Positions 19,702 through 28,402 of a stretch of DNA of 64,000 nt are shown here, in pieces. This DNA is from an uncultured Roseicyclus sp. Lineage in GTDB: Bacteria; Pseudomonadota; Alphaproteobacteria; Rhodobacterales; Rhodobacteraceae. The stretch lies in the NCBI GenBank assembly GCA_964460185.1, contig CAYWTM010000004.1, positions 3,151-67,150 of the forward strand, given 5' to 3'. Position numbers and translations under genes: made by a program. The notes beneath the pieces are model-generated. The model was given only the letters and a program-made list of their open reading frames with translations. It was not told where the DNA came from and did no database searches. Position 1 is the first letter of the stretch. The number at the start of each line of letters is the position of its first letter.

Positions 19702-20415
19702 ATGCGGAATGATGCACCCAAGGGCGTTTTTGACCCGCTTGCACCGGGTATAGACCCCAGCGTGCCCATCGAGGGCTACACCAACACCTGGACCCACACC
19801 CCGTCGCGCCCCGCCTTTCACCGGCCCGTGACGCGCACCGAGGCGACGGGCCCGCTGGACCTGTGGCGCAAGCTCGAATGTGGCGGGAACGACCTGGCCA
19901 CCTCTGCCACGGGCCAGTTGGCGCAAGGGTCGTTGATCCGGGTCTTCGGCCAGATCCTGAACGAAGACGGCAGACCGGTGCCCAACGCCGTGGTCGAACT
20001 CTGGCAAGCCAATGCCGCCGGGCGCTACCGGCATTCACTCGACAACCGCGAAGCGCCGCTGGATCCGAACTTCCTCGGGCATGGCCGCGTCAGATCGGGT
20101 GAAGACGGCTTTTTCTCTTTCCTGACGATCAAACCGGGGGCCTATCCGGTGCCGGTCAAGGATGCGTGGTGGCGCCCGCCGCATATCCACTTCTCGGTTC
20201 TCGGGCCCAGCACGCTGTCGCGACTGGTTACACAGATGTATTTTCCGGGCGACCCGTTGAACGACTGGGATCTGATCCTGCAATCCATCGGCGATGCCGC
20301 CGCCCGGAGCCGGATGGTGGCCACCCAGGTGCACCCGGCCGAGATGGGCCGGGATTTCCTGGGCTATCGTCACGACATCGTCCTGCGCGGACGCAACGCA
20401 ACGCCGGAGGCATGA
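19702..20415 (+). CDS. pcaH: protocatechuate 3,4-dioxygenase beta subunit
   Basis: VELWQANAAGRYRH...RPPHIHFSV intradiol dioxygenase motifs. 237 aa. GGGAGG RBS upstream. Confidence 0.9.
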   Translation: MRNDAPKGVFDPLAPGIDPSVPIEGYTNTWTHTPSRPAFHRPVTRTEATGPLDLWRKLECGGNDLATSATGQLAQGSLIRVFGQILNEDGRPVPNAVVELWQANAAGRYRHSLDNREAPLDPNFLGHGRVRSGEDGFFSFLTIKPGAYPVPVKDAWWRPPHIHFSVLGPSTLSRLVTQMYFPGDPLNDWDLILQSIGDAAARSRMVATQVHPAEMGRDFLGYRHDIVLRGRNATPEA

Positions 20416-21032
20416 TGGCCAGCACCACGACGTCCCGCCGGTTTCCGCTGTCCCAGCAAACCATCGGCCCGTTCTTTCCGGCGGATTACTTTCAGCCCGG
20501 CGACAATGACCTGACACGTATCTCGCCAGAGGCCGCGCCCACCTCCAGGGGCGATAGGTTCACCCTGACCGGGCGCGTCCTGAAGGAAGGGCGCGAACCC
20601 GTCGCCAACGCCATCCTCGAGATGTGGCAGGCAGACGCGGGCGGGCGGTTCCGGCACCCTGCAGACCCCCAGGCCGATCAGGCGGACCCCGACTTTCTGG
20701 GATGGGGCCGCGCGTGGTCCACCGGGGATGGCGCATATGCGTTCAACTCGATCCGCCCCGGCGGCTATACCGAAGACGGTCAGAATCGCGCGCCGCATCT
20801 CAATATCATCGTCATGGGGATCGGCCTGATGCGGACCGTCGGCACCACCCTCTATTTCCCCGAAAACGTCACTGAAAACGCCGCCGACCCTGTGTTGTCG
20901 ATCCTGCCCCAGGACATGCGCCACCGTCTCGTGATGCGCGATGGCGGCATCGAGGACGGTGTGCAGACCTATTCCTTCGACATCCTGCTGCGCGGATCAT
21001 GGGATGAGGAAACCCCGTTCTTTGAAACCTGA
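20412..21032 (+). CDS. pcaG: protocatechuate 3,4-dioxygenase alpha subunit
   Basis: Start overlaps the pcaH stop (ATGATG). TIGPFFP...EMWQADAGGRFRHP...APHLNIIV motifs. Confidence 0.9.
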   Translation: MMASTTTSRRFPLSQQTIGPFFPADYFQPGDNDLTRISPEAAPTSRGDRFTLTGRVLKEGREPVANAILEMWQADAGGRFRHPADPQADQADPDFLGWGRAWSTGDGAYAFNSIRPGGYTEDGQNRAPHLNIIVMGIGLMRTVGTTLYFPENVTENAADPVLSILPQDMRHRLVMRDGGIEDGVQTYSFDILLRGSWDEETPFFET

Positions 21033-21060
21033 GACCGACCCGGACGAACGCCCCCTCCAG

Positions 21061-21849
21061 ATGATCCGGCACGACCTGACACGCGCTGGCGCATCGCTGG
21101 TCTGCCGGGTGGGCGGCAGAGGGCCACTGGTGGTCCTGATCCCCTCCCTTGGGCGCGGGAGCGAGGATTTCGACACGCTGGCCCATGCGCTGGTCGCCTC
21201 GGGCTACAGGGTCATGTTGCCGGAACCGCGCGGGATCGAGGGCACCACCCCGCTAGCCGAAACCGATACGTTGCATGACATGGCGGCCGACATTGCCGCC
21301 ATGATCGATGCAGACCGCAGCGAGCCTGCCATCATCGCCGGACATGCGGCGGGCAATTGGGTGGCCCGCGTGCTGGCCCATGACCGGCCCGACCTGACAC
21401 GCGCCGTCGTCTTGCTGGCCGCCATCGTGACAAATACCGTGGACAAGCAGATGCGCGCGTCGATTTCCGCCAGCTTTGACATGACGCTGTCGGATCAAGA
21501 CCGGCTTGGCCACCTGGCGCGAGTCTATTTCGCACCGGGCGCGGACGCCACCGTCTGGCTGGATGGCTGGTGGCCCGACGTGTCAGCCGCCCAAAGGCGC
21601 GCGGCCAGCCAGACCCCCGACACGGACTGGATTCGCGTGGCGGACAGGCATCCGACGCTTTATGTCGGCGCGGCCGATGACGTGATTTCCCCGCCCCCGC
21701 GGCTTGCAGCGCTGCGCGACACGATCGGGCCAAAGGCAAGCTGCGTGGTCATCCCGAATGCTGGCCACGCGCTCTTGCCGGAACAGCCCGCGTCCGTGGC
21801 AAGGGCCCTGTGCGATTGGATCGCCGGCCTGCCGGATACACAAGGCTGA
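21061..21849 (+). CDS. alpha/beta-fold hydrolase
   Basis: ATG at 21061 (MIRHDL...). A nucleophile-elbow-like GHAAGN and a C-terminal NAGHALLPEQP motif. Confidence 0.75.
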   Translation: MIRHDLTRAGASLVCRVGGRGPLVVLIPSLGRGSEDFDTLAHALVASGYRVMLPEPRGIEGTTPLAETDTLHDMAADIAAMIDADRSEPAIIAGHAAGNWVARVLAHDRPDLTRAVVLLAAIVTNTVDKQMRASISASFDMTLSDQDRLGHLARVYFAPGADATVWLDGWWPDVSAAQRRAASQTPDTDWIRVADRHPTLYVGAADDVISPPPRLAALRDTIGPKASCVVIPNAGHALLPEQPASVARALCDWIAGLPDTQG

Positions 21850-22397
21850 GCCGGGTCCGCGTCACGCCCGTTGTTCCGGTGCCGTCCATCGTGAAACTGT
21901 CGGCAGGCACGCACGCGTTTGAGCGGTCGAAAACCCGTCGCCGGAGATCGTCGTCGGGAAGGTTGGGACCGCCCTTTGCAAACCAGCCGTTGGTGCGGTT
22001 GCAACTGCTATGCCCCTAGCCCGCACGCCCGTCATGCGCGAGGTCGGTGCGAGCCCGTCCGGCCAACGCGGCTGGTTCGGATCCGTCATGGTGAATTGGA
22101 AAGCGCTCGTAGCCGATCACGTCAGAGCTGACCTGCGGCATGTATCCTGTCCGGTGGTCCCGGTGCAGCATCAGGTGGTGCGGATCGGGAGTTCTCGCCC
22201 GGTTTCGACCAAAGCGGGGCGCATTCCAGCATTTCGGCGGGCAGGGGCATTGCCAAGCACCGGAACGCTGGATGCCTTGACGGCAAGCGCCCGACGCCCA
22301 CCCCGATCAGGAAGGTCCGAGCCATTTTATATATATAACAGTCGCTTGACTGAATGCTCAAACCTGAGCACCCAAACCGAAGCCCCGGACCCTGCCC

Positions 22398-23603
22398 TCA
22401 GACCGCTTCGATCGCGACGGCAATTCCCTGCCCCACACCGATACACATCGTCGACAGCGCGCGCGTTCCGCCCTTGACCTGTAACTCAAGCGCCGCGGTG
22501 CCCACGATCCGCGCGCCCGACATGCCCAGCGGATGACCAAGGGCAATCGCGCCGCCATTCGGGTTCACACGCGGATCATCATCGGCAATCCCCAGATCGC
22601 GCAGGGTGGCAAGGCCCTGGCTCGCAAACGCCTCGTTCAACTCGATGACATCGAAATCCGCCTGGGACAGCCCCAGCCGCGCCATCAGCCTTTTGGATGC
22701 CGGCGCGGGCCCGAATCCCATGATGCGCGGGGCCACGCCCGCCGTCGCCCCGCCCAGAACCCGCGCAATCGGCGTCAGACCATGGGCTTTTGCGCCGGCC
22801 TCGGATGCAAGGATCAACGCCGCCGCACCGTCATTGACGCCCGACGCATTGCCCGCCGTCACCGACCCGCCCTCGCGGAACGGCGCGCGCAGCTTTGCCA
22901 ACGCCTCCAGCGTGGTTGAAGGGCGGGGATGTTCATCGACGTCCACCACCAGCGGATCCCCCTTGCGCTGAGGGATCGCAACCGGCGCGATCTCGGATGC
23001 GAACCGGCCGCTTTCCATGGCGACCCCGGCCTTCTGTTGAGACCGGACTGCAAAGGCATCCTGATCTTCGCGGCTGATCTTGAAATCCTCGGCCACGTTC
23101 TCGGCCGTCTCGGGCATGCTGTCGACGCCGTATTGGGCCTTCATCAGCGGATTGATGAACCGCCATCCGATGGTCGTGTCATAGACCGCGTTCGACCTTG
23201 AAAACGCGCTGTCGGCCTTGGGCATCACAAAGGGCGCGCGCGACATGCTTTCGACGCCACCAGCAATCATCAGATCCGCCTCACCCGCCTTGATCGCGCG
23301 CGCGGCGGTGATGACAGCATCCATGCCAGAGCCGCACAGCCGATTCATCGTGGTGCCCGACACAGAGACAGGCAGACCGGCCAACAGCGCCGCCATCCGG
23401 GCCACGTTGCGGTTATCCTCACCGGCCTGGTTGGCGCAGCCATAAAAAACATCTTCGACCGCGTCCCAGTCGACGGCGGCATTGCGGGCCATCAGGGCCT
23501 TGAGCGGGATCGCCGCCAGGTCATCGGCCCGGACCGAGGACAGCGCCCCGCCGTAGCGCCCGATGGGGGTGCGGATGTAGTCGCAGATGTAGACGTCACG
23601 CAT
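22398..23603 (-). CDS. pcaF: 3-oxoadipyl-CoA thiolase
   Basis: MRDVYICDYIRTPIGRYGGALSSVRADDLAAIPL...NRLCGSGMDA closely matches the N-terminus remembered for PcaF/PaaJ. Start ATG at 23603. Confidence 0.9.
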   Translation of the reverse strand: MRDVYICDYIRTPIGRYGGALSSVRADDLAAIPLKALMARNAAVDWDAVEDVFYGCANQAGEDNRNVARMAALLAGLPVSVSGTTMNRLCGSGMDAVITAARAIKAGEADLMIAGGVESMSRAPFVMPKADSAFSRSNAVYDTTIGWRFINPLMKAQYGVDSMPETAENVAEDFKISREDQDAFAVRSQQKAGVAMESGRFASEIAPVAIPQRKGDPLVVDVDEHPRPSTTLEALAKLRAPFREGGSVTAGNASGVNDGAAALILASEAGAKAHGLTPIARVLGGATAGVAPRIMGFGPAPASKRLMARLGLSQADFDVIELNEAFASQGLATLRDLGIADDDPRVNPNGGAIALGHPLGMSGARIVGTAALELQVKGGTRALSTMCIGVGQGIAVAIEAV

Positions 23604-23888
23604 GTCCAGCCTTCCTGTTCTCGATCTCGGCGCGATCGCCGCGCATTGACGTAGTGGCGCCGTCCAACGGAGCGGGTTCGACACCGGGCCCTTTGCCGCC
23701 GCTGTGGCTTCGATCCCTCGGATCACGCGGTCCGATGTTTCCCGAAACGCTCACCATGACGGGCCACCGCGCCAGCGCGCGAACCCATACCCGCGAACCG
23801 CCGCGACGTCGATATCCCCAAGGCATCGGGCGATGCCTTCGGCCAGCAGTCTTGCCGACCCTTTCACCATCGCGGGGCGCCTTGTCAC
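23604..23888 (-). pseudogene. remnant of the C-terminal domain of a 3-hydroxyacyl-CoA dehydrogenase (FadB/FadJ-like)
   Basis: Minus-strand frame reads MVKGSARLLAEGIARCLGDIDVAAVRGYGFARWRGGPSW*, then AFRETSDRVIRGIEATAAAKGPVSNPLRWTAPL. This resembles the conserved ...EGIA...DIDV..V.GYGFP.WRGGP...W.PAPLL tail. In-frame TGA at 23751-23753. There is no N-terminal NAD-binding domain. Confidence 0.45.
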
Positions 23889-23906
23889 GCATCATGACAG
23901 CCCCCT

Positions 23907-25100
23907 TCATTTGGGCAGGTCGAGGCTGGCACGGGCGAGCACGTTCCGCATGATTTCGGTCGAGCCACCGAAAATCGTGGTTGGACGCGCCGCAAGGTAG
24001 GTGCCGGCCGCGTCGTGTCGACGATCTTCGCCCTGTGCAGGTTTCACCCCGGCAAGGCTGCCTGAGACCTGCATCAATTCTTCGGAAATGCGCTGGTAAA
24101 GCTCGCTTTGAAAGATCTTCAAGACGCCCACATCTGCCCCGATCGGAATGCCATCCTGAAGACGCTGGACATAGGTTTCAAACAGGTCCGTCAGATCCCC
24201 CAGATCCATGGCCAGCGCCGCGAACCGATCCCGGAACCCTCCATCGTCCCACAGCCCGTTCTGTCTGGCCAAGGCCTCGAGCCGCGCCAACGCATTCGCC
24301 GACAGGCGGGGTGCGCCGATGAAGACGCGCTCATGGCCCAACAGCGCCTTGGCCATGGTCCAGCCGCCGTTCACCTCGCCCACGATGTTGCCGAACGGGA
24401 TGCGCACCGTGTCCAGGAATATCTCGCAGAACTCCGCATGTCCTTCCAGGTTCTCGATGGGCCTCACCGTCACGCCAGGGGCATCCATCGGCACCAGGAG
24501 AAAGCTGATCCCGGCCTGTTTCCTGACTGTCTTGTCCGTTCGGGCGAGCACAAAGACCATGTTGGCATCCGCGCCCAGCGTGACCCATGTCTTCTGCCCG
24601 TCGATGACCCAGTCATCCCCATCCCGAACAGCCGTTGTCCTGAGTGCTGCAAGATCGGACCCGGCCCCCGGTTCGCTATAGCCCTGCGCCCAGATATCTT
24701 GCCCCTTCAAGATACGAGGCAAGAAGTATTCGCGCTGCTCTTGTGTGCCGTATTGCATCAAGAGCGGGCCCAGCATCACGGTTCCGATGTCATGCACGCG
24801 CGCGCATCCGAAGCGCTCAAATTCTTCTATCAGAATTAAATGCTTGCCAGCCCCAAGGCCCATGCCCCCCGATGCCAGCGGCCAAGTCGGCGCGATCCAG
24901 CCCTTGCGGGCCAGAACCGCGTACCATGGGCGAACTTCGGGCCAGCGCAGGCGACGCTGAGCGTAGCGCGGAATGTCGGGGTAGTGCGTCTCGACAAATG
25001 CCCGGACCATGGCGCGAAAGTCATCGTCGGACATCGCGTTGAAATCGGGATGTGGCGGATGATCCGCGATGAATGGCGGCGTGTCGTCGATATGCGTCAT
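23907..25100 (-). CDS. acyl-CoA dehydrogenase
   Basis: ACAD fold. C-terminal IFGGSTEIMRNVLA motif. Start ATG at 25100 gives a 4-bp overlap with the upstream ACAD gene. Confidence 0.9.
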   Translation of the reverse strand: MTHIDDTPPFIADHPPHPDFNAMSDDDFRAMVRAFVETHYPDIPRYAQRRLRWPEVRPWYAVLARKGWIAPTWPLASGGMGLGAGKHLILIEEFERFGCARVHDIGTVMLGPLLMQYGTQEQREYFLPRILKGQDIWAQGYSEPGAGSDLAALRTTAVRDGDDWVIDGQKTWVTLGADANMVFVLARTDKTVRKQAGISFLLVPMDAPGVTVRPIENLEGHAEFCEIFLDTVRIPFGNIVGEVNGGWTMAKALLGHERVFIGAPRLSANALARLEALARQNGLWDDGGFRDRFAALAMDLGDLTDLFETYVQRLQDGIPIGADVGVLKIFQSELYQRISEELMQVSGSLAGVKPAQGEDRRHDAAGTYLAARPTTIFGGSTEIMRNVLARASLDLPK

Positions 25101-26197
25101 GTGCAACCCGTTCCGACATGATCCGGCATGACGGCATCCCAATGATCCATGAATCTCTTGCGCAGGCGGTATTCCGGCGCGAACTGTCCGGCCTCCACCA
25201 TCGCCTTGCGAACGAACAGCCCGATATCGGCCTCGTCCGTGTAGCCGATGGCCCCGTGCATCTGAACGGCTTCGCGCGCGACAAGACGTGCCAGACCCGC
25301 CGCGCGGGCGCGGGCACGCAAGATCGCCATGTGCGTGCGGGTCGCATCCCCGCCCAGATCGCGGGCCGACGCGGCAGCCCCGATCACGGCCCGCGTCAGT
25401 TCAAGCTGCACCTTGATCTCGGTCGCGCGATGCTGAAGCGCCTGAAACCGCCCGATCGGGGCATCGAATTGCTGCCGCGTGCGCAAATAGTCCAGCGTGA
25501 TGGCAAAGGCGCGATCCGAAACACCCAACAAATACCCCGCATGCAACAGCATTGCGTCCTGAAGGCTTTCGTCCAGACCGATGCACGGATGCACATCGCA
25601 AGGCACCTCATCAAAGATCAGGTGCGCGTGAAAGGTTCCATCATGCATCTGCATTGGAGTGACGGTCAGACCGGCCGCGCCACGCGGCACCAGCGTCACG
25701 CCTTCGGGCGTGGTGACAACGAACAGGTCCGCACCCATGCCGCCCCCGACCGCGATCTTGTTGCCGCTCAGTCGGCCGTCCGCAACGACAACCCCACCGC
25801 GCGGATCCATCCCGTCAGCCGAGGCCTGCCATGCGGCAACCAGCAGGACTTCTCCGCCAAGACCGGCGTTCAATTCCTCCCAAAGCCCCGCTTTTTCAAG
25901 AAGGCCCAAGCCAAGCACGGCAGGAATGAATGGCTCGGGCACCACCCCTTGCCCCAGGACGCTGCACAGCGCCACGGTTTCACGCAAACCCAACCCAAGA
26001 CCGCCGGCATCCTCGGATACAAGAATACCAAGCCAGCCAAGGTCGAGCATCTTGGCCCAGGTCTCGGGCGAAAACCCCGGCTCGACAAACCTGATGGCGC
26101 GCACCCGGTCGAGCGTGCCGTCTGAAGGCACCACCGCGCTCGCGCTGTCGCTCAGCATGCGGATGTTTTCGATCCAGCCGTCGGGATCCGGTTCCAT
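25097..26197 (-). CDS. acyl-CoA dehydrogenase family protein (possible partner subunit)
   Basis: RQQFDAPIGRFQALQHR ACAD motif. Start ATG at 26197 (MEPDPDGW...). Confidence 0.8.
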   Translation of the reverse strand: MEPDPDGWIENIRMLSDSASAVVPSDGTLDRVRAIRFVEPGFSPETWAKMLDLGWLGILVSEDAGGLGLGLRETVALCSVLGQGVVPEPFIPAVLGLGLLEKAGLWEELNAGLGGEVLLVAAWQASADGMDPRGGVVVADGRLSGNKIAVGGGMGADLFVVTTPEGVTLVPRGAAGLTVTPMQMHDGTFHAHLIFDEVPCDVHPCIGLDESLQDAMLLHAGYLLGVSDRAFAITLDYLRTRQQFDAPIGRFQALQHRATEIKVQLELTRAVIGAAASARDLGGDATRTHMAILRARARAAGLARLVAREAVQMHGAIGYTDEADIGLFVRKAMVEAGQFAPEYRLRKRFMDHWDAVMPDHVGTGCT

Positions 26198-26283
26198 TGT
26201 CGGCCTCTCGTCTTTTGCCACACAGCCACAAACCTGGCTTTCGGTGTCGATCCAATCGTTTGCCCCGAGATCTCGGCGCCGTC

Positions 26284-26742
26284 TCAGGGTTCGCTGATCA
26301 ATATGATGCAATCGGCAACCAGGGCGGTCCGGCCCGGCGTGTCGACCTCGATCGTGGATGTCAGGGAAATTCGCGTGCCATGCCGATGCGGGCAGATCTC
26401 GGCCACTGTCTGCATCAACCGAATGGGTGCCCCGACCGGCACCGGCGCGGTGAAACGGACGCGATCATAGCCATAGTTCAGACCCGCACCCCGGCGTTCG
26501 ATACGAAACAGTTCTCGCTGCCAGGCGGGAATCAGCGACAGCACAAACAGGCCATGGACGATGGTGCGCCCATCCGGCCACTCACGCGCGGCGCGCTCTG
26601 CATCGACATGAATCCATTGATCGTCGCCCGAAAGATCCGCAAAGGAATTGACCTCGTCCTGGCCCAAGGACCGCCACGCCGTAGGGCCAAGTCGCTCGCC
26701 GATGTGATCGGCGAATGCCGCTGGTGTCTGCAAGACAAGCAT
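26284..26742 (-). CDS. MaoC-like (R)-specific enoyl-CoA hydratase, hot-dog fold
   Basis: FADLSGDDQWIHVD hydratase-2 motif. 152 aa from ATG 26742. Confidence 0.85.
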   Translation of the reverse strand: MLVLQTPAAFADHIGERLGPTAWRSLGQDEVNSFADLSGDDQWIHVDAERAAREWPDGRTIVHGLFVLSLIPAWQRELFRIERRGAGLNYGYDRVRFTAPVPVGAPIRLMQTVAEICPHRHGTRISLTSTIEVDTPGRTALVADCIILISEP

Positions 26743-26793
26743 GAGAGCGCCTTTTTCCAACAAATCCCAATTGCGTAAGCACCAAAAAACTAT

Positions 26794-26807
26794 ATAACTA
26801 GCTTTTA
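26794..26807 (+). promoter_or_regulatory. AT-rich motif ATAACTAGCTTTTA in a divergent promoter region
   Basis: The exact 14-mer recurs in reverse complement at 36111-36124. Lies between the maoC-like and pcaD starts. Confidence 0.5.
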
Positions 26808-26897
26808 TGGCGGTCAACGCCCCACGTCACCAGACGTGCAGTCCGCGCCGAAGCGGTTGCAATGACCAAAACCTGAACAAGGACGCCGGCGAACGCA

Positions 26898-27731
26898 ATG
26901 GGACCATCCACGACCGCCCCCAGAATTCTTCGGGTCTCACGCGACGGGTATGATCTGCACGCCGAGGTCATCGCTCCGGGCACGGCAGACGCGCCATGGA
27001 TCGTGTTCAGCAATTCCCTGGTCACCGACCTGACCATATGGGACGCACAGGCCGCAGCGCTGGCCGGGCGGTTCGGCCTCCTGCGCTACGACCAGGCGGG
27101 CCACGGAAAATCAGGGCAGCCGGGCCACGGGGTGGATTTCGACAGTCTGGGGCGCGATGTCCTGGCCGTGATGGATGCCGCCGGCGTCCGGACAGCGGTC
27201 TTTGTCGGGCTTTCGATGGGCGTGCCAACCGGGCTGGCCGCGCACCGGCTGGCTGCAGGGCGGTTCGACGCACTGGTCCTTTCAGACGGGCAAGCCAAGA
27301 CAGCGCCCGGCGGCGCCGCAGGATGGCAAGAACGTATCGCCGGGGCCGCAAGCTCGGGCATGGCCGCGTTCGCGCAGGCCACGGCCGACCGCTGGCTGAC
27401 CGAATCCGCCGGACCAACCATGCGTGCGCGACTTGTCGACATGATTGCCGCGACTTCCCTTGAAGGCTTCAGCCTTTGCGCGACGGCCCTGATGGATTAT
27501 GACTACCTGTCCGAACTTGGGCGCATTGACTGCCCCACCCTGTTGCTGGCCGGGGCCGAGGATGGCGCCATGCCCGACAGCATGGCCACCAAGCTTCTGC
27601 CGGCGATCGCTGGGGCTTCGATGACGGTCATCCCGAATGCGGGCCACGTGCCCTGCTTTGAACAACCCGAGGCGTTTACCGCAGCACTCTCGGAATTCCT
27701 GGACAACATCACATCACAGGTGTCGGCATGA
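26898..27731 (+). CDS. pcaD: 3-oxoadipate enol-lactonase (alpha/beta hydrolase)
   Basis: WIVFSNSLVTDLTIWDAQ...GLSMG...NAGHVPCFEQP is typical of PcaD. Confidence 0.8.
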   Translation: MGPSTTAPRILRVSRDGYDLHAEVIAPGTADAPWIVFSNSLVTDLTIWDAQAAALAGRFGLLRYDQAGHGKSGQPGHGVDFDSLGRDVLAVMDAAGVRTAVFVGLSMGVPTGLAAHRLAAGRFDALVLSDGQAKTAPGGAAGWQERIAGAASSGMAAFAQATADRWLTESAGPTMRARLVDMIAATSLEGFSLCATALMDYDYLSELGRIDCPTLLLAGAEDGAMPDSMATKLLPAIAGASMTVIPNAGHVPCFEQPEAFTAALSEFLDNITSQVSA

Positions 27732-28402
27732 AGCTTCACTGGTCGCCCCGGTCGCCATTCGTGCGCAAGGTCAATATCGTGCTGGAAGACTGCGGCATGA
27801 CCGATGCGGTCGAACGCATCCGGTCGGTCGCGGTGTTCGCGGCCCCCCCCAATCCGGATATCCTGGCGGACAATCCCCTGGGCAAGATCCCGGTTCTTGT
27901 CACCGATGACGGCCAGCGCTTGTTTGATTCGCGGGTCATCTGTGAATACCTGATCGGGCTGGCCAACCGCCCCGACCTGCTGCCATCGGACCCCGCCGCG
28001 CGGATCGCGCATCTGCGCTGGCAGGCCCTGGGGGATGGGTTGACGGACATCTTGCTTTTGTGGCGGACCGAACGCGCACGGGGCGACAGGGCGGATCCCG
28101 TTATCCTCGCCGCGTTCGAGGCCAAGACCCGCGCAGCACTTGCCACGCTGGAAGCCGAAAGCGCCGATCTGGCGCGGGTGCCCTTCGGGCTTGGCCATAT
28201 CGCGATCATCTGCGCCCTTGGCCAGCTCGACTTCCGCTATGCCGGTTGCGGATGGCGTGCCGCCCTGCCCGGCCTTGCCAAATGGGAGGCCGAGGTGGCC
28301 ACCCGCCCGTCCGTCGCGGCAACCGCCATTGTCGATGATGGTGCCGGCCCTGCCGGGCCCGCCGATGAAACCCCTGCCTTCACCTATGAGACACACCAAT
28401 GA
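27728..28402 (+). CDS. glutathione S-transferase family protein
   Basis: SPFVRKV...NPLGKIPVL...DSRVICEYL N-terminal GST motifs. 4-bp overlaps on both sides. Confidence 0.85.
   Translation: MKLHWSPRSPFVRKVNIVLEDCGMTDAVERIRSVAVFAAPPNPDILADNPLGKIPVLVTDDGQRLFDSRVICEYLIGLANRPDLLPSDPAARIAHLRWQALGDGLTDILLLWRTERARGDRADPVILAAFEAKTRAALATLEAESADLARVPFGLGHIAIICALGQLDFRYAGCGWRAALPGLAKWEAEVATRPSVAATAIVDDGAGPAGPADETPAFTYETHQ

Noticed and set aside
23751-23753. In-frame TGA between the HADH-like remnant and pcaF as a selenocysteine or programmed read-through site producing a fusion protein.
   Set aside because: The upstream reading frame opens only about 40 codons earlier, right after another stop, and lacks any N-terminal dehydrogenase domain. 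I saw no SECIS-like hairpin immediately downstream. pcaF has its own family-typical ATG start. Gene decay is the simpler explanation.
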